This document shows positions 48,407-59,760 of a stretch of 64,000 nucleotides of DNA, piece after piece. The notes beneath the pieces were generated by a model. The model had not been told where the DNA came from and made no database searches. It saw nothing but the letters and a program-made list of their open reading frames with translations. The first letter of the stretch is position 1. Every line of letters begins with the position of its first letter. The stretch is from Desulfomonilia bacterium (GTDB taxonomy: Bacteria; Desulfobacterota; Desulfomonilia; UBA1062). The translations under genes were made by a program, and so were the position numbers. The stretch covers positions 672,001-736,000 of the forward strand of contig CAXXDQ010000007.1 of NCBI GenBank assembly GCA_963664325.2, in the 5' to 3' direction.

Positions 48407-48793
48407 TTAGGATTTTTTCTCTATTGAAGCAGCTTTCGCGCGATCGACCCATTCCATAATCACCATGGGCGCATTGTCACCCTTGCGATTTGAAGATCGG
48501 ATAATTCTTGTATAACCCCCGTTCCTCTCGGCAAACCTCGGTCCGAGATCCTTGAACAGTTTTCCAAGAGCTTCCTTGGTTTTAACTGTCACTGAAGCCT
48601 GGCGGACTGCGGCAAGATTCCCTTTCTTCCCGAGCGTTATCATATGATCGGCTACTTTTCTAAGTTCTTTGGCCCTTGTTACTGTAGTCATGATTCTTTC
48701 ATGGAGTATCAGTGAAGTAACCATGTTCTTCAGCATGGCTTCTCTGATGTCTGTCTTCATTCCTAGTTTTCTTCCAGATATACGGTGGTACAT
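48407..48793 (-). CDS. rplQ: 50S ribosomal protein L17
   Basis: RKLG...TTVTRAKE...RNGGYTRI. Confidence 0.97.
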   Translation of the reverse strand: MYHRISGRKLGMKTDIREAMLKNMVTSLILHERIMTTVTRAKELRKVADHMITLGKKGNLAAVRQASVTVKTKEALGKLFKDLGPRFAERNGGYTRIIRSSNRKGDNAPMVIMEWVDRAKAASIEKKS

Positions 48794-48802
48794 GGCTTCC
48801 CC

Positions 48803-49840
48803 CTACTTGCTCTCCTCTTCTTCCATCCTTTTTCTTCTTGCCTCGATCTCATCACGGCTTGGCAGATCAGGCAGCTTTATTCCGATGTGTAATCCCATTT
48901 TGGCTAGCTTTTCCTTTATTTCTTCAAGTGACTTACGACCGAAATTTTTTGTTCTAAGCAGTTCAACTTCAGTCTTTTGAACCAGTTCATATATATATGT
49001 CATATTTGCGTTTTTAAGGCAGTTTGCAGATCTTACAGACAATTCGAGTTCCTCAACGGTCCTGAACAGGTTTTCATTAAGCCCCTTATCTGCCTTCTCC
49101 GCCTCAATCTTCCTCTCGATCTCTTCTTCCTGGAAGTTGATAAACACATTCATATACTCTTTTTGTATCTTGGCAGCAAAAGCAAGGGCATCTTCAGGCT
49201 TGACGACGCCATTGGTCCATATTTCAAGCGAAAGCCTGTCATAGTCAGTTCTTCGACCGACAATAGTAGGAGTTACATTGAACGCGACCCTTCTTACAGG
49301 CGAGAATACGGCATCAATTGCAATCCATCCTGCCGTATCAATTTTCTCTTTGTTGAGTTCAGCCTGTACATAGCCTCTTCCATACTCAATACGCATTTCC
49401 AGTTTCAGTACAGTATTGTTCTCTATTGTTGCAATTATCTGATCCGGATTGATCACATCTATATTTGCCCCGGTATCTATGTCACCAGCTGTAACGACAC
49501 AGGGGCCTTGTTTCTCAAGCGTAACCAGCTGAGGCTTTTCCGAGTGCATCCTCAGCACAACTTTCTTGAGATTAAGAATAATATTAGTTACGTCCTCAAG
49601 AACCCCTGGGATGCTGCAGAATTCATGCACCACATTCAGAGAATCATCGAATTTTACTCCGATAATTGCCGAACCATAGATTGAAGATAGAAGTATTCTT
49701 CTCAACGAATTACCAATGGTAACGCCAAAACCTCTTTCAAGCGGCTGGGCATTAAAGCGGGCGTATGTCTCTGAATGTGTTGATTCTACTATCTCAAGCC
49801 TGCCGGGTTGAACGATTTCTTTCCAGTTCTTTTCTATCAT
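48803..49840 (-). CDS. rpoA: RNA polymerase alpha subunit
   Basis: [38 protein letters not shown]. Confidence 0.98.
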   Translation of the reverse strand: MIEKNWKEIVQPGRLEIVESTHSETYARFNAQPLERGFGVTIGNSLRRILLSSIYGSAIIGVKFDDSLNVVHEFCSIPGVLEDVTNIILNLKKVVLRMHSEKPQLVTLEKQGPCVVTAGDIDTGANIDVINPDQIIATIENNTVLKLEMRIEYGRGYVQAELNKEKIDTAGWIAIDAVFSPVRRVAFNVTPTIVGRRTDYDRLSLEIWTNGVVKPEDALAFAAKIQKEYMNVFINFQEEEIERKIEAEKADKGLNENLFRTVEELELSVRSANCLKNANMTYIYELVQKTEVELLRTKNFGRKSLEEIKEKLAKMGLHIGIKLPDLPSRDEIEARRKRMEEEESK

Positions 49841-49860
49841 CCCTTATATCCCGCCTTTAA

Positions 49861-50487
49861 TTATTTTGAGTAGTACTCAACAATTAATGTTTCCTGGACT
49901 TCCATAGGCATATCTTTTCTTTCCGGTATCGCCTTTATTGTCCCTTTCTTCGCTTCCTTGTCAACATCAAGCCATTCCACCCTGCCCCTCGACTCGCTCA
50001 TTTCAAGAGCATTCTCGATAGTTGCAAGTTTCTTGCTTTTCTCTTTTACTTCGACGACGTCACCTGATTTTATCTGATAAGATGCAATGTCCGTCTTTCT
50101 GCCGTTAACACGGAAATGTCCATGATTGATCAGCTGTCTTGCTTCATTCCTGGATGATGCAAAACCCATTCTGAACACTATATTGTCAAGCCTGCCTTCG
50201 AGAAGTTGAAGAAGCAATTCACCAGTCTGTCCGGTTTGGCTCTTTGCAATGTCGTAATAATGCTTAAACTGTGCTTCACTTACTCCATATGAACTTCTGA
50301 CTTTTTGCTTTTCCCTGAGATGAATCCTGTATTCACTGCTTCGAATTCTGCCCTGACCATGCTGCCCTGGAGCATAATTCCTGTGCTCAATAGCACATTT
50401 ATCCGTATAACACCTCTGACCTTTCAGGAAGAGCTTCGTTCCTTCCCTGCGACAAATCTTGCAAACTGGGCCTGTATACCTAGACAA
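49861..50487 (-). CDS. rpsD: 30S ribosomal protein S4
   Basis: CKICRREG, PGQHG, RLDNIVFRMG, IVEYYSK. Confidence 0.98.
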   Translation of the reverse strand: MSRYTGPVCKICRREGTKLFLKGQRCYTDKCAIEHRNYAPGQHGQGRIRSSEYRIHLREKQKVRSSYGVSEAQFKHYYDIAKSQTGQTGELLLQLLEGRLDNIVFRMGFASSRNEARQLINHGHFRVNGRKTDIASYQIKSGDVVEVKEKSKKLATIENALEMSESRGRVEWLDVDKEAKKGTIKAIPERKDMPMEVQETLIVEYYSK

Positions 50488-50499
50488 GACACTCCTCCT

Positions 50500-50892
50500 T
50501 TATACCCTGCGTTTCTTTGGTGGTCTGCAACCGTTGTGAGGGATAGGCGTAATATCCCTTATGCCTGAAATCCTTATTCCACTTGCATAAATCGCTCTAA
50601 GTGCCGATTCTCTGCCGCTGCCCGGACCTTTAATATATGCGTAAACACTTTTTATACCGGTCTCAAGTGCTTTCTTGCATGCTTCTTGCGCTGCGACCTG
50701 AGCAGCAAACGGTGTGCTCTTCCGGGATCCCTTGAACCCCTGTGAACCTGCACTCGACCAAGCTATTGTATTCCCCTGCAGGTCGGTTATAGTAATGACT
50801 GTGTTGTTGAATGTTGCCTGAATATGTGCGGCGCCTTCAGAAATATCCTTCTTTAATTTCTTTTTAACTGTTCTCTGTCTTGGATTTGCCAT
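50500..50892 (-). CDS. rpsK: 30S ribosomal protein S11
   Basis: [25 protein letters not shown]. Confidence 0.98.
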   Translation of the reverse strand: MANPRQRTVKKKLKKDISEGAAHIQATFNNTVITITDLQGNTIAWSSAGSQGFKGSRKSTPFAAQVAAQEACKKALETGIKSVYAYIKGPGSGRESALRAIYASGIRISGIRDITPIPHNGCRPPKKRRV

Positions 50893-50909
50893 TGCAATTA
50901 CCCCTTAGG

Positions 50910-51278
50910 CTACTTCTTTTTACCGACAACAAGGCGTCTCGGGCCTTTTCTTGTCCTGGCATTATTATGCGTATGCTGTCCCCTGCTCGGCAACCCTTTA
51001 CGATGGCGGATTCCCCTGTATGAAGCGATATCCATAAGTCTTCTGATGTTCATAGACACATCACGTCTCAGATCGCCTTCCACAACCAGGTTGGCTCCTA
51101 TATAATCTCTTATAACGGCCACTTCATGTTCCGACAGATCATCACTCTTTTTGCCTGGGTCAACTTTTGCTGCTTTCAGGATTTCCAGGGCACTTGTTCT
51201 GCCTATACCGTAAATATAGGTAAGTGCGATCTCAATCCTCTTGTTCCTCGGTAAATCCACACCTGCAATTCTTGCCAA
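50910..51278 (-). CDS. rpsM: 30S ribosomal protein S13
   Basis: [22 protein letters not shown]. Confidence 0.98.
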   Translation of the reverse strand: MARIAGVDLPRNKRIEIALTYIYGIGRTSALEILKAAKVDPGKKSDDLSEHEVAVIRDYIGANLVVEGDLRRDVSMNIRRLMDIASYRGIRHRKGLPSRGQHTHNNARTRKGPRRLVVGKKK

Positions 51279-51289
51279 TTGCCGCCTCC

Positions 51290-51403
51290 TTAACCTTGTC
51301 TCTGATTATGTCTGGGATTTGTACAAATTACACGAATAATCCCGCTTCGTTTAATTATTTTACAATTCCTGCATCTTTTTTTTATTGATGCTTTGACTTT
51401 CAT
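51290..51403 (-). CDS. rpmJ: 50S ribosomal protein L36 (Zn-binding), not in ORF track
   Basis: [37 protein letters not shown]. Confidence 0.97.
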   Translation of the reverse strand: MKVKASIKKRCRNCKIIKRSGIIRVICTNPRHNQRQG

Positions 51404-51415
51404 ATAACACCTACC

Positions 51416-51631
51416 TTACTTTGTTCTGTAAACAATTCGTCCCTTACCAGGATCATATGGTGATATTTCAACCTGCACCTTATCTCCGGGAAGTATTCTG
51501 ATATAATGCATTCTCATCTTTCCCGAGATGTGGGCCAGTATCTTATGTCCATTACTCAGTTCCACCAGAAACATTGCATTCGGCAGCGGCTCTATCACTA
51601 CTCCTTCGGTTTCAATTACGTCTTTTCCCAT
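51416..51631 (-). CDS. infA: translation initiation factor IF-1
   Basis: [18 protein letters not shown]. Confidence 0.98.
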   Translation of the reverse strand: MGKDVIETEGVVIEPLPNAMFLVELSNGHKILAHISGKMRMHYIRILPGDKVQVEISPYDPGKGRIVYRTK

Positions 51632-51640
51632 AAAAACGTA

Positions 51641-52291
51641 TTATGCCCCTATTGCTGCTGTAATAGCCTTCTCAACTGCTTCCATGGAGCCGGTTCCGTC
51701 AACTTTTCTTACAATCCCCTTTGCTGAGTAATATTCAATAAGAGGTGACGTCTGATTATGATAATTTGTGAGTCTCTGTCTGATAGTCGCTTCCTTATCG
51801 TCATCTCTTATATATAATTCGCTTCCGCATTTATCGCATTTACCTTCAACCTTTGGCTTAAATGTTACCACGTGATGCATGTTGCCGCATGCGCTGTTAC
51901 GGCATGTCAATCTTCCGGTCAGCCTGCTTACCAGAAAATCATCCGGAACGTCAATCACTACAACATGGTCCAGCTTTGATGTTGACTTTGCCAGCAGTTC
52001 ATCAAGAGCCCTAGCCTGTTCAAGTGTTCTCGGAAAACCATCAAGTACATATCCTTTTTTGCAATCGTCTTTTTTAAGCCTTTCCCCAACAACGCCAATT
52101 ACGACCTCATCAGGAACAAGACCGCCTTTATCCATATATTCTTTTGCTTTAAGGCCCATTGGTGTACCTTCCTTCACTGCTGCCCTGAACATATCTCCGG
52201 TTGATATCTGTGGCACGCCAAGACGGTCTATCATTCTTTTTGCCTGTGTTCCTTTTCCTGCCCCCGGTGGTCCGATCAGAATTATATTCAT
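51641..52291 (-). CDS. adk: adenylate kinase
   Basis: GPPGAGKGTQ, STGDMFR, LDGFPR, Cys-rich LID. Confidence 0.98.
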   Translation of the reverse strand: MNIILIGPPGAGKGTQAKRMIDRLGVPQISTGDMFRAAVKEGTPMGLKAKEYMDKGGLVPDEVVIGVVGERLKKDDCKKGYVLDGFPRTLEQARALDELLAKSTSKLDHVVVIDVPDDFLVSRLTGRLTCRNSACGNMHHVVTFKPKVEGKCDKCGSELYIRDDDKEATIRQRLTNYHNQTSPLIEYYSAKGIVRKVDGTGSMEAVEKAITAAIGA

Positions 52292-52311
52292 AAGTCCTCC
52301 TGTTATATTTA

Positions 52312-53625
52312 TCAGCGCCTGGATTTTATGCGGCCCATCTTAAGCAGACCTTCGTAATTCCTTGATATCATATGAGATTCAATCTGGCTCATGGTATCAA
52401 GTGCAACTCCGACAACAATCAAGAGGGAAGTCCCTCCGAAATAGAACGGTACGTTAGCCCATGATGTAAGTATTGACGGCAACACGCATACAATGCTCAA
52501 ATATAAAGCACCAACGAGGGTGAGCCTTGATAAAACCTTGTCAAGATAATCTGATGTGGCTTTGCCCGGCCTGATTCCAGGAATATATCCGCCATATTTT
52601 TTCAGGTTCTCTGAAACATCAATAGGGTTGAAAACAACCGCCGTATAAAAATAGGTAAAGAATATGATTAAAACAACATATATCAGGTTGTAAATAATAT
52701 TCCCCCTTGTGAGAATGTGGGAAAAAGTCTTCATCCACGATACATTCGGGAAGAATTGCGCAATAGTGGCAGGAAATACTATCAGTGACGAAGCAAATAT
52801 CGGAGGTATAACACCTGAAACGTTTAGCTTTAGCGGCAAGTGGGTATTCTGACCGCCATAAACACGCCTTCCTCGAATCTGTTTTGGGTACTGAATAGGA
52901 ATCCTGCGCTGCGATGTTTCCATAAACACAATGCCTGCTATAGCGGCTACCGCAACTATTATAACAGCGAGCAGTGCAAAGAGTGAGAGCTCACCTGTCC
53001 ATGCAAGTCTCCCGGTATTTATAATAGCCAGAGGAAGCCTTGCTACGATTCCGGCAAATATAATCAGAGAAATCCCATTCCCGATTCCCCGCTCTGTTAT
53101 CTGCTCCCCGAGCCACATCAGAAAACACGTTCCTGCTGTAAGAGTAAGCGTTGAAATTATTCTAAATGCAAATCCCGGATTGTATGCGACTGTATCGCCC
53201 CCAGGACCTGTCATGGATTCTATACCCATTGTCATGAAGTATCCCTGCACAAGGCAAAGGGCTACAGTTAAATATTTTGTATACTGGCTTAATTTCTGCC
53301 TTCCTGAAGGCCCTTCCTTCTGTAACTGTTCGAATCTGGGGTATACCATTCCAAGCAATTGAACGATGATCGAGGCACTGATATATGGCATGATCCCCAA
53401 TGCAAAGATAGACAGGGTCCTCAAACCGCCACCTGAAAACATGTCAAACATTCCAAGAAGGGTGCCTGCCTGAGCTTCGAACCATTCCTGCATCATGGCG
53501 ACATTGATTCCCGGTGTAGGTATATGGATGCCAATACGATACACAAGCAGCATCGTAAGTGTAAAAACAATCCTCCTGGTCAATTCAGACATGTTATCTT
53601 TAACATTTTCAATTGCTGAGGCCAC
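52312..53625 (-). CDS. secY: preprotein translocase SecY
   Basis: ALGIMPYISASII, GIGNGISL, IPGIRPG, GGTSLLIVV. Confidence 0.98.
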   Translation of the reverse strand: MASAIENVKDNMSELTRRIVFTLTMLLVYRIGIHIPTPGINVAMMQEWFEAQAGTLLGMFDMFSGGGLRTLSIFALGIMPYISASIIVQLLGMVYPRFEQLQKEGPSGRQKLSQYTKYLTVALCLVQGYFMTMGIESMTGPGGDTVAYNPGFAFRIISTLTLTAGTCFLMWLGEQITERGIGNGISLIIFAGIVARLPLAIINTGRLAWTGELSLFALLAVIIVAVAAIAGIVFMETSQRRIPIQYPKQIRGRRVYGGQNTHLPLKLNVSGVIPPIFASSLIVFPATIAQFFPNVSWMKTFSHILTRGNIIYNLIYVVLIIFFTYFYTAVVFNPIDVSENLKKYGGYIPGIRPGKATSDYLDKVLSRLTLVGALYLSIVCVLPSILTSWANVPFYFGGTSLLIVVGVALDTMSQIESHMISRNYEGLLKMGRIKSRR

Positions 53626-53636
53626 TTATTACTCCT

Positions 53637-54077
53637 TTATAGAGTTTCGAATTTTCCGCCAGCTTTTTCTATCTTCTCGATTGCGGCCTTTGATGCCCTG
53701 TCCAGCTTTACTGTGAGCGCAATATTGATATCGCCTTCTGCAAGGAGTTTTACCATTCCTTGCTTTCTTAAAATCCCATTTTCAATCAGAGCAGCTTTAT
53801 CTACAATACTTCCAGGTTCAAACCCTGAAAGGTCTTTAATATTTACAGCAACAAATTCTTTTCTGAATGGATTCTTAAATCCACGTTTCGGAAGCCTTCT
53901 GTAAATGGGCATCTGCCCGCCTTCAAACCATCCGGGTATTGATGCTCCGGACCTTGCCTTCTGTCCTTTATGGCCCTTGCCTGAAGTGCCTCCTGTACCG
54001 GATGCATCTCCCCTGCCCAGCCTCTTGGAATTCTTTCTTGAGCCTGCCGCCGGAGTCAGATTGGATAAATTCAACAT
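53637..54077 (-). CDS. rplO: 50S ribosomal protein L15
   Basis: GHKGQKARSG, FEGGQMP, RRLPKRGF; start ATG 54077. Confidence 0.97.
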   Translation of the reverse strand: MLNLSNLTPAAGSRKNSKRLGRGDASGTGGTSGKGHKGQKARSGASIPGWFEGGQMPIYRRLPKRGFKNPFRKEFVAVNIKDLSGFEPGSIVDKAALIENGILRKQGMVKLLAEGDINIALTVKLDRASKAAIEKIEKAGGKFETL

Positions 54078-54079
54078 GA

Positions 54080-54262
54080 TTATACCTCCTCGCAATCAAC
54101 AAGATGGCCAACTATCTTTAAGGCACCTTTTGCTGCGGGTAAATCCTCAAGTATTTTCGTACTTCCGCGTTTTCTCAATCCGAGTGATTTTACGGTTTCC
54201 TTCTGCTTTTTCGTGCAGCCGATTACCGAACCTTTCAATGTTACTTTTATCTGAGCAGCCAC
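54080..54262 (-). CDS. rpmD: 50S ribosomal protein L30
   Basis: IKVTL..S.IG...TVKSLGLRK; position between rpsE and rplO. Confidence 0.95.
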   Translation of the reverse strand: MAAQIKVTLKGSVIGCTKKQKETVKSLGLRKRGSTKILEDLPAAKGALKIVGHLVDCEEV

Positions 54263-54291
54263 TGTCTCTACCTCTTTATTGTATTTTTGCC

Positions 54292-54789
54292 CTATCCGAT
54301 TTCCTTGCCGCGTTTCTCAGCAACTTTATCTTTTGTCTGGAGACGCAGCAGCGCATCAAATGTGGCCTGAATAACATTGTGATGGTTCCTTGATCCCAGC
54401 GTTTTGGCAACCACATTATGAATACCTGCTGCTTCCATAACGGCGCGGACTGCATTTCCCGCAATTATGCCTGTACCTGTAGGTGCCGGCTTGAGTAATA
54501 CCCTGCCCGCTCCGCTGATACCGATGATGGTATGGGGAATAGTTCCTTCAACAATGGGAACATCAATCATAGCTTTCTTGGCGACCTCTACTCCCTTGCG
54601 GATACTGATCGATACTTCCCTTGCTTTTCCGATTCCATGTCCAACTTTACCGTTGCCGTTACCGACAACAGTAAGTGCACTGAACCTGAATCTTTTTCCG
54701 CCTTTGACAACCTTTGAAACCCTGTTTACAAAGACCACTTTGTCTATGAATTGCTCGCCGTTTTCTTCAAGTATTTCGTAATTAGCCAA
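54292..54789 (-). CDS. rpsE: 30S ribosomal protein S5
   Basis: VNRVSKVVKGG, PAPTGTGIIAG. Confidence 0.98.
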   Translation of the reverse strand: MANYEILEENGEQFIDKVVFVNRVSKVVKGGKRFRFSALTVVGNGNGKVGHGIGKAREVSISIRKGVEVAKKAMIDVPIVEGTIPHTIIGISGAGRVLLKPAPTGTGIIAGNAVRAVMEAAGIHNVVAKTLGSRNHHNVIQATFDALLRLQTKDKVAEKRGKEIG

Positions 54790-54804
54790 AAGACTTCTCC
54801 TTGT

Positions 54805-55167
54805 TTAGAACTTCAGGCCGCCTTCACGTGCCGCCTCGGCCAGTGCCTTTATCTTCCCATGATATCTATAACCGCTACGGTCAAATATGACCTGCTCTAT
54901 ACCCTTTCCCTTGGCTTTTTCCGCAAGTAGAAGACCAACCTGTTTCGCTGTCTCTTTTGTCAAGCCTTTTACTTTGTCCTTTAATTCTACGCTCAAACTT
55001 GAAGCTGATGCCAGTGTATGTCCATGTGTATCATCAATAATCTGAGAATAAATATGCCTGTTTCCCCTGTATACGCTAAGCCGCGGTCTCTCAGGTGTCC
55101 CGTCTATTTTCCTTCTTACCCTGGACTTCCTTAACAGAAGCGCTTCTTTCGGTGCTATTTTACTCAC
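54805..55167 (-). CDS. rplR: 50S ribosomal protein L18
   Basis: [26 protein letters not shown]; GTG start with AAGGAG. Confidence 0.97.
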   Translation of the reverse strand: MSKIAPKEALLLRKSRVRRKIDGTPERPRLSVYRGNRHIYSQIIDDTHGHTLASASSLSVELKDKVKGLTKETAKQVGLLLAEKAKGKGIEQVIFDRSGYRYHGKIKALAEAAREGGLKF

Positions 55168-55177
55168 TTTATTCTCC

Positions 55178-55723
55178 TTATTTGCCCTTAGCCGCACTCT
55201 TGCCTGGTTTAATTCTGACATTTTCATCAAGATACCTGATACCTTTTCCCTTATAGGAATCAGGCGGCCTGATTTTTCTTATCTGGGAGGCAACGTCACC
55301 TAAAAGTTCATTGTCAATCCCCATCAAATCGATAACGCCTTCTTTAGAAACAGAAGCTTTTATCCCCTTCGGTAAAGCATACTCTACCGGATGTGAATAA
55401 CCAACGTTAAGGATTAATGAATCGCCCTTTGTTTCCCCACGGTATCCAATACCGACTATTCTGAGCCTCTTCGCAAAGCCTTCGGAAACTCCTTTTACCA
55501 TATTGTTTGTCAGGGCCCTCATCATTCCGTGAAAGGCTAATGTCTGTCTCATTTCATCGAGAGGCAAAAAGGTTAGAGTGTTTCCGTCAATCTTCATTTC
55601 CATATTGCCAATCAGCTGTTTAGACAATTCACCTTTAGGTCCCTTAACTTTGATTACATCGCCGTTTAATGTTACCTTAACTCCATCCGGGATTATGATG
55701 GGCATTTTGCCAATTCGTGACAT
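55178..55723 (-). CDS. rplF: 50S ribosomal protein L6
   Basis: [20 protein letters not shown]. Confidence 0.98.
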   Translation of the reverse strand: MSRIGKMPIIIPDGVKVTLNGDVIKVKGPKGELSKQLIGNMEMKIDGNTLTFLPLDEMRQTLAFHGMMRALTNNMVKGVSEGFAKRLRIVGIGYRGETKGDSLILNVGYSHPVEYALPKGIKASVSKEGVIDLMGIDNELLGDVASQIRKIRPPDSYKGKGIRYLDENVRIKPGKSAAKGK

Positions 55724-55734
55724 CTTAAATCTCC

Positions 55735-56127
55735 TTACCAGACCTTAATCAGAAGTTCTCCGCCAATGTTCATGTCTTTTGCCTTGCTGTCGGTCATAAT
55801 ACCTTTTGACGTGCTTAATATTGATATGCCAAGACCATCCATTACACTGGGGATCTCATCAGCACCTATATATACTCTTCTTCCCGGCTTTGATATCCGA
55901 TCCATACCGGTTACAACATGCTTTGAATTATGATACTTCAGGTTGACTCTGAGTAAACCTTGTTTTGAATCTTCAATGAATTTGTAGCCCTTGATATATC
56001 CTTCCCTCAGGAGAATATCGGCAACGGCGAGCTTAACCTTTGACGCAGGAATATCAACACTTTCAAGCATTACCCCTGCACCGTTTTTTATTCTTGTTAT
56101 CATGTCTGCTATTGGATCGGTTACCAT
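55735..56127 (-). CDS. rpsH: 30S ribosomal protein S8
   Basis: DPIADMITRI, ISKPGRRVY, STSKG. Confidence 0.98.
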   Translation of the reverse strand: MVTDPIADMITRIKNGAGVMLESVDIPASKVKLAVADILLREGYIKGYKFIEDSKQGLLRVNLKYHNSKHVVTGMDRISKPGRRVYIGADEIPSVMDGLGISILSTSKGIMTDSKAKDMNIGGELLIKVW

Positions 56128-56137
56128 TTTGCTCCCC

Positions 56138-56323
56138 TTACCAGCTTGATTTTTTCATGCCGGGTATCTCGCCCTTCATGGCCATATTACGCAAACATAT
56201 CCTGCACATCCCAAACTTTCTGTAATATGCCCTCGGCCTTCCGCATATCTGGCAGCGGTTGTACTTTCTTACCCTGAACGCCGGCGTCCTTTTGGCCTTT
56301 GCTATTATCGATTTTTTGGCCAT
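56138..56323 (-). CDS. rpsN: 30S ribosomal protein S14, Zn-binding type
   Basis: RCQICGR...CRIC...SSW. Confidence 0.98.
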   Translation of the reverse strand: MAKKSIIAKAKRTPAFRVRKYNRCQICGRPRAYYRKFGMCRICLRNMAMKGEIPGMKKSSW

Positions 56324-56328
56324 TTCTA

Positions 56329-56868
56329 CTACCTCCTGAACGGCATGCCGAAAGCGGTAAGAAGACTTTTTCCTTCCTCATCCGATTCCGCGGTTGTAAC
56401 AACTGTTATGTTCATGCCCCGAGCTTTATCAATTTTATCATATGGTATCTCAGGAAATACGCCCTGATCTTTCAAACCGAGTGTATAGTTGCCCCTTCCA
56501 TCAAATCCGTTGGGCGAGATCCCTCTAAAATCTCTGAGACGTGGCAGAACTGCATTAACGAGTCTATCAAGAAACTCATACATTCGCGCACCCCTAAGAG
56601 TAACTGCGCACCCTATGGACATACCTTCTCTAAGCTTGAATGATGCAATAGATTTACGTGCCTTGGTTACCACAGGTTTCTGTCCTGTTATGAGTGAAAG
56701 CTCTTCCAATGCCTTGTCTATTATTTTTACATCCTGGACAGCATCACCAAGCCCCATGTTTATAGTAATTTTTTTCAAAGACGGTACCTGGTTGATGTTC
56801 TTATACCCGAACTCTTTTATAAGTGCAGGTACCACTTGTTTTCTATAATGTTCAATAAGTCTGGCCAT
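56329..56868 (-). CDS. rplE: 50S ribosomal protein L5
   Basis: [19 protein letters not shown]. Confidence 0.98.
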   Translation of the reverse strand: MARLIEHYRKQVVPALIKEFGYKNINQVPSLKKITINMGLGDAVQDVKIIDKALEELSLITGQKPVVTKARKSIASFKLREGMSIGCAVTLRGARMYEFLDRLVNAVLPRLRDFRGISPNGFDGRGNYTLGLKDQGVFPEIPYDKIDKARGMNITVVTTAESDEEGKSLLTAFGMPFRR

Positions 56869-56877
56869 AATACCCTC

Positions 56878-57210
56878 TTACTTTGTTTCAAGCTCTTCGC
56901 CGCAACTCTTGCACACTCTGACCTTAACCCCGTCATCATGAACCTTGTGCCCAATGCGGACACCCTTGTTGCACTTTGTACAGAAAAGAGCAACGTTTGA
57001 GATGCTTATTCCTGCTTCTTTCTCCACAATGCCGCCCTGAGAATTCTTTGCGGGCTTCTGATGTTTCTTTATCATGTTAACCCGCTCAACAAGAACTCTG
57101 TTCTTTTTTGTTTGCATCTTGATAACCTTGCCGCGCTTGCCTGCATTTTTACCAGCGAGGACGACTATGGCATCTCCTTTTTTAATCTTTGCTGACTCAT
57201 GTTTCGGCAT
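56878..57210 (-). CDS. rplX: 50S ribosomal protein L24
   Basis: IKKGD.IVVLAGK KOW motif, GGIVEKEA; start ATG 57210. Confidence 0.97.
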   Translation of the reverse strand: MPKHESAKIKKGDAIVVLAGKNAGKRGKVIKMQTKKNRVLVERVNMIKKHQKPAKNSQGGIVEKEAGISISNVALFCTKCNKGVRIGHKVHDDGVKVRVCKSCGEELETK

Positions 57211-57220
57211 TTCCGTCCCC

Positions 57221-57589
57221 CTAAAGAACCTCTGGTGCCAGAGAAACAATCTTCATGAATTTCTTAGCCCTTAATTCTCTGGCAACAGGCCCGAATATGC
57301 GTGTTCCTACAGGTTCATTCTGGTTGTTCAATATCACGGCAGAATTTTCATCAAACCTGATGCATGAACCATCAGAACGTTTAAATGTCTTTGCCGTCCT
57401 GACAACTACGGCTTTATGCACATCGCCTTTTTTGACTTTTGAATTGGGCATCGCATCTTTCACACTGACAACAATAATGTCACCAAGTGATGCATATCTT
57501 CTCCTTGTCCCGCCAAGAACTTTGATGCACATTAATTCTTTGGCACCGGAGTTATCTGCAACCTTAAGCCTTGTCTGCTGCTGTATCAT
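57221..57589 (-). CDS. rplN: 50S ribosomal protein L14
   Basis: [21 protein letters not shown]. Confidence 0.98.
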   Translation of the reverse strand: MIQQQTRLKVADNSGAKELMCIKVLGGTRRRYASLGDIIVVSVKDAMPNSKVKKGDVHKAVVVRTAKTFKRSDGSCIRFDENSAVILNNQNEPVGTRIFGPVARELRAKKFMKIVSLAPEVL

Positions 57590-57607
57590 AAAGAGCCTCC
57601 GCTATTC

Positions 57608-57862
57608 CTAGTCCTGCCGCTCAACAATCTTTACAACCCTCCAGCATTTATCTTTGCTCAAAGGTTTGCATTCACGTATCCTTACACGATCACCAGCTTT
57701 GCATTCATTTTTTTCATCATGGGCCATGAATTTGCGTCTCCTGCGGATGTATTTCTTGAATACAGGGTGTTTTTCAAGTCTTTCGATTGTTACAACAACA
57801 GTTTTTTCCATCCTGTCACTGGAGACAATCCCTTCAAGCTCCATTTTCCTGGATTTTTCCAT
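57608..57862 (-). CDS. rpsQ: 30S ribosomal protein S17
   Basis: KTVVV, AHDE, PLSK. Confidence 0.98.
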   Translation of the reverse strand: MEKSRKMELEGIVSSDRMEKTVVVTIERLEKHPVFKKYIRRRRKFMAHDEKNECKAGDRVRIRECKPLSKDKCWRVVKIVERQD

Positions 57863-58047
57863 TACTGCCTCTCCCTGATGATAGTGTTGATCCTTGCCAT
57901 ATCTCGACGGAGTTTAACCAGCTGGCTTTTGTCATTTAACTGGGACATTGTATTTTTAAACTTCCCATCCATGATGTCCCTCTTCATCTTCTCCATCATC
58001 ACACTGAGTTCCTGATTCGTTTTTTCCCTTATTTTACTGGCCTTCAT
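57862..58047 (-). CDS. rpmC: 50S ribosomal protein L29
   Basis: [10 protein letters not shown]; position. Confidence 0.95.
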   Translation of the reverse strand: MKASKIREKTNQELSVMMEKMKRDIMDGKFKNTMSQLNDKSQLVKLRRDMARINTIIRERQ

Positions 58048-58459
58048 TTAGACCCTCCCTGAAAGCAAATTTTGTCTTTAGGGGAAGCTTATGTGATGCA
58101 AGCCTGAAAGCCTCTTTAGCCTGGTCTATTGTAACACCGTCAATCTCAAACATGATTCTGCCGGGTTTGACAACAGCTACCCATTCCTCCGGTGCACCTT
58201 TTCCTTTTCCCATTCTTGTTTCAGCCGGCTTTTTGGTTATCGGTTTGTCAGGGAATATTCTTATCCAGGTCTGACCGCCTCTTTTAACATACCTGTTTAT
58301 TGCAATACGGGCTGCCTCAATCTGTCTTGCAGTAATCCAATGCGGTTCAATAGCCTGAAGCCCGTAGCTCCCAAAAGAAACCTTTGAGCCTTTCTCCGGA
58401 CTCCCTTTCATGCGCCCCCGCATCTGTTTCCTGTGTTTAACCTTGCTTGGCATTAACAT
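58034..58459 (-). CDS. rplP: 50S ribosomal protein L16
   Basis: [16 protein letters not shown]. Confidence 0.98.
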   Translation of the reverse strand: MLMPSKVKHRKQMRGRMKGSPEKGSKVSFGSYGLQAIEPHWITARQIEAARIAINRYVKRGGQTWIRIFPDKPITKKPAETRMGKGKGAPEEWVAVVKPGRIMFEIDGVTIDQAKEAFRLASHKLPLKTKFAFREGLNEGQ

Positions 58460-58477
58460 GGCCTGATTTCTCCTCTT

Positions 58478-59125
58478 CTAAGCTTTTGCTTCTTCTCTTC
58501 CTTTTATTATTTCGCCATGATACACCCACACTTTCACACCGATCACTCCATAAACCGTATTTGCTTCAGAGAATCCGTAATCGATATCAGCCCTGAGTGT
58601 TTGAAGCGGCACCCTGCCTTCGCGGTACCATTCACGGCGTGCAATTTCAGCACCCGCCAGTCTTCCTGAGCAGGCAACTTTGATTCCTTGTGCACCGAGT
58701 CTTAGCGCTTGTGAAACGGCTTTTTTCATTGCCCTTCTGAAGGCAACTCGTCTTTCAAGCTGGTTCGCAATACCTTCGGAAACTATCTGTGCATCCGCCT
58801 CAGGTCTTCTGACTTCTTTTATTTCAAGCATTATCTCTTTGTTAACAAGTTTTGCCAAATTGCTTCTCAGTTCTTCAGTGCCCTGGCCTTTTCTTCCAAT
58901 TACCAACCCTGGTCTGCCTGTATGGATTATTACCTTAACCTTGTTTGCAGCTCTTTCAATTGAGATGCTTGATATACCTGTTCTTTTTAATTTATTTGAA
59001 ATGAACTTACGTATCTTGTTGTCCTCAAGAAGTAGTTCACTGTAGTTTTTCTCGGCAAACCATTTTGCCTTCCACTCCTTTGTGATTCCCAGCCTGTATC
59101 CGTATGGATGTATTTTCTGTCCCAC
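58478..59125 (-). CDS. rpsC: 30S ribosomal protein S3
   Basis: [26 protein letters not shown]. Confidence 0.98.
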   Translation of the reverse strand: MGQKIHPYGYRLGITKEWKAKWFAEKNYSELLLEDNKIRKFISNKLKRTGISSISIERAANKVKVIIHTGRPGLVIGRKGQGTEELRSNLAKLVNKEIMLEIKEVRRPEADAQIVSEGIANQLERRVAFRRAMKKAVSQALRLGAQGIKVACSGRLAGAEIARREWYREGRVPLQTLRADIDYGFSEANTVYGVIGVKVWVYHGEIIKGREEAKA

Positions 59126-59139
59126 GAATTGCCCCTTTC

Positions 59140-59472
59140 CTATAACTCGTCAAGCACAACCGAAATATGGCTTGTTCTTTTCAATATTCTGGTTGCCCTT
59201 CCTTGTGCCCTCGGCATAAATCTTTTCAAGGTTACACCTCCATCAATCTGAATCGATTTGACAAACAGATTGTCCACATCCACCATTCCTGACTGCAGGG
59301 CATTTGCTACTGCAGAATTGATGACTTTCGCAACAATACCTGAGCGTTTATTCTGCATCAGTTTAAGCATTGTAAGTGCATCGGAAACAGGTTTTCCTCT
59401 CACTTCATCCACAATCAGTCTTGCCTTACGCGGCGAAACTCTTGTATGCCTCAATACTGCTTTGGATTCCAT
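59140..59472 (-). CDS. rplV: 50S ribosomal protein L22
   Basis: SPRKARL, PRAQGRA. Confidence 0.98.
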   Translation of the reverse strand: MESKAVLRHTRVSPRKARLIVDEVRGKPVSDALTMLKLMQNKRSGIVAKVINSAVANALQSGMVDVDNLFVKSIQIDGGVTLKRFMPRAQGRATRILKRTSHISVVLDEL

Positions 59473-59475
59473 AGC

Positions 59476-59757
59476 TTACCCCTTCTTCTGCGCTTTCCTG
59501 TCTGCGGCATGGCCATAGAACGTCCTGGTAGGTGAAAATTCACCAAGTTTGTGTCCGACCATTTCCTCCGTAACATATACAGGAATGAATTTACGTCCGT
59601 TATAAACTGCAAGTGTCAATCCAACGAATTCGGGTAGAATGGTTGATCTTCTTGACCATGTTTTTATAACCTTGTTCGTGCCGCTTTCCTTGGCCTCGAG
59701 CACCTTTTTCAAAAGGTGATCATCAATGAAGGGCCCTTTTTTTAATGAACGGCTCAC
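59476..59757 (-). CDS. rpsS: 30S ribosomal protein S19
   Basis: [21 protein letters not shown]. Confidence 0.98.
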   Translation of the reverse strand: MSRSLKKGPFIDDHLLKKVLEAKESGTNKVIKTWSRRSTILPEFVGLTLAVYNGRKFIPVYVTEEMVGHKLGEFSPTRTFYGHAADRKAQKKG

Positions 59758-59760
59758 GTT

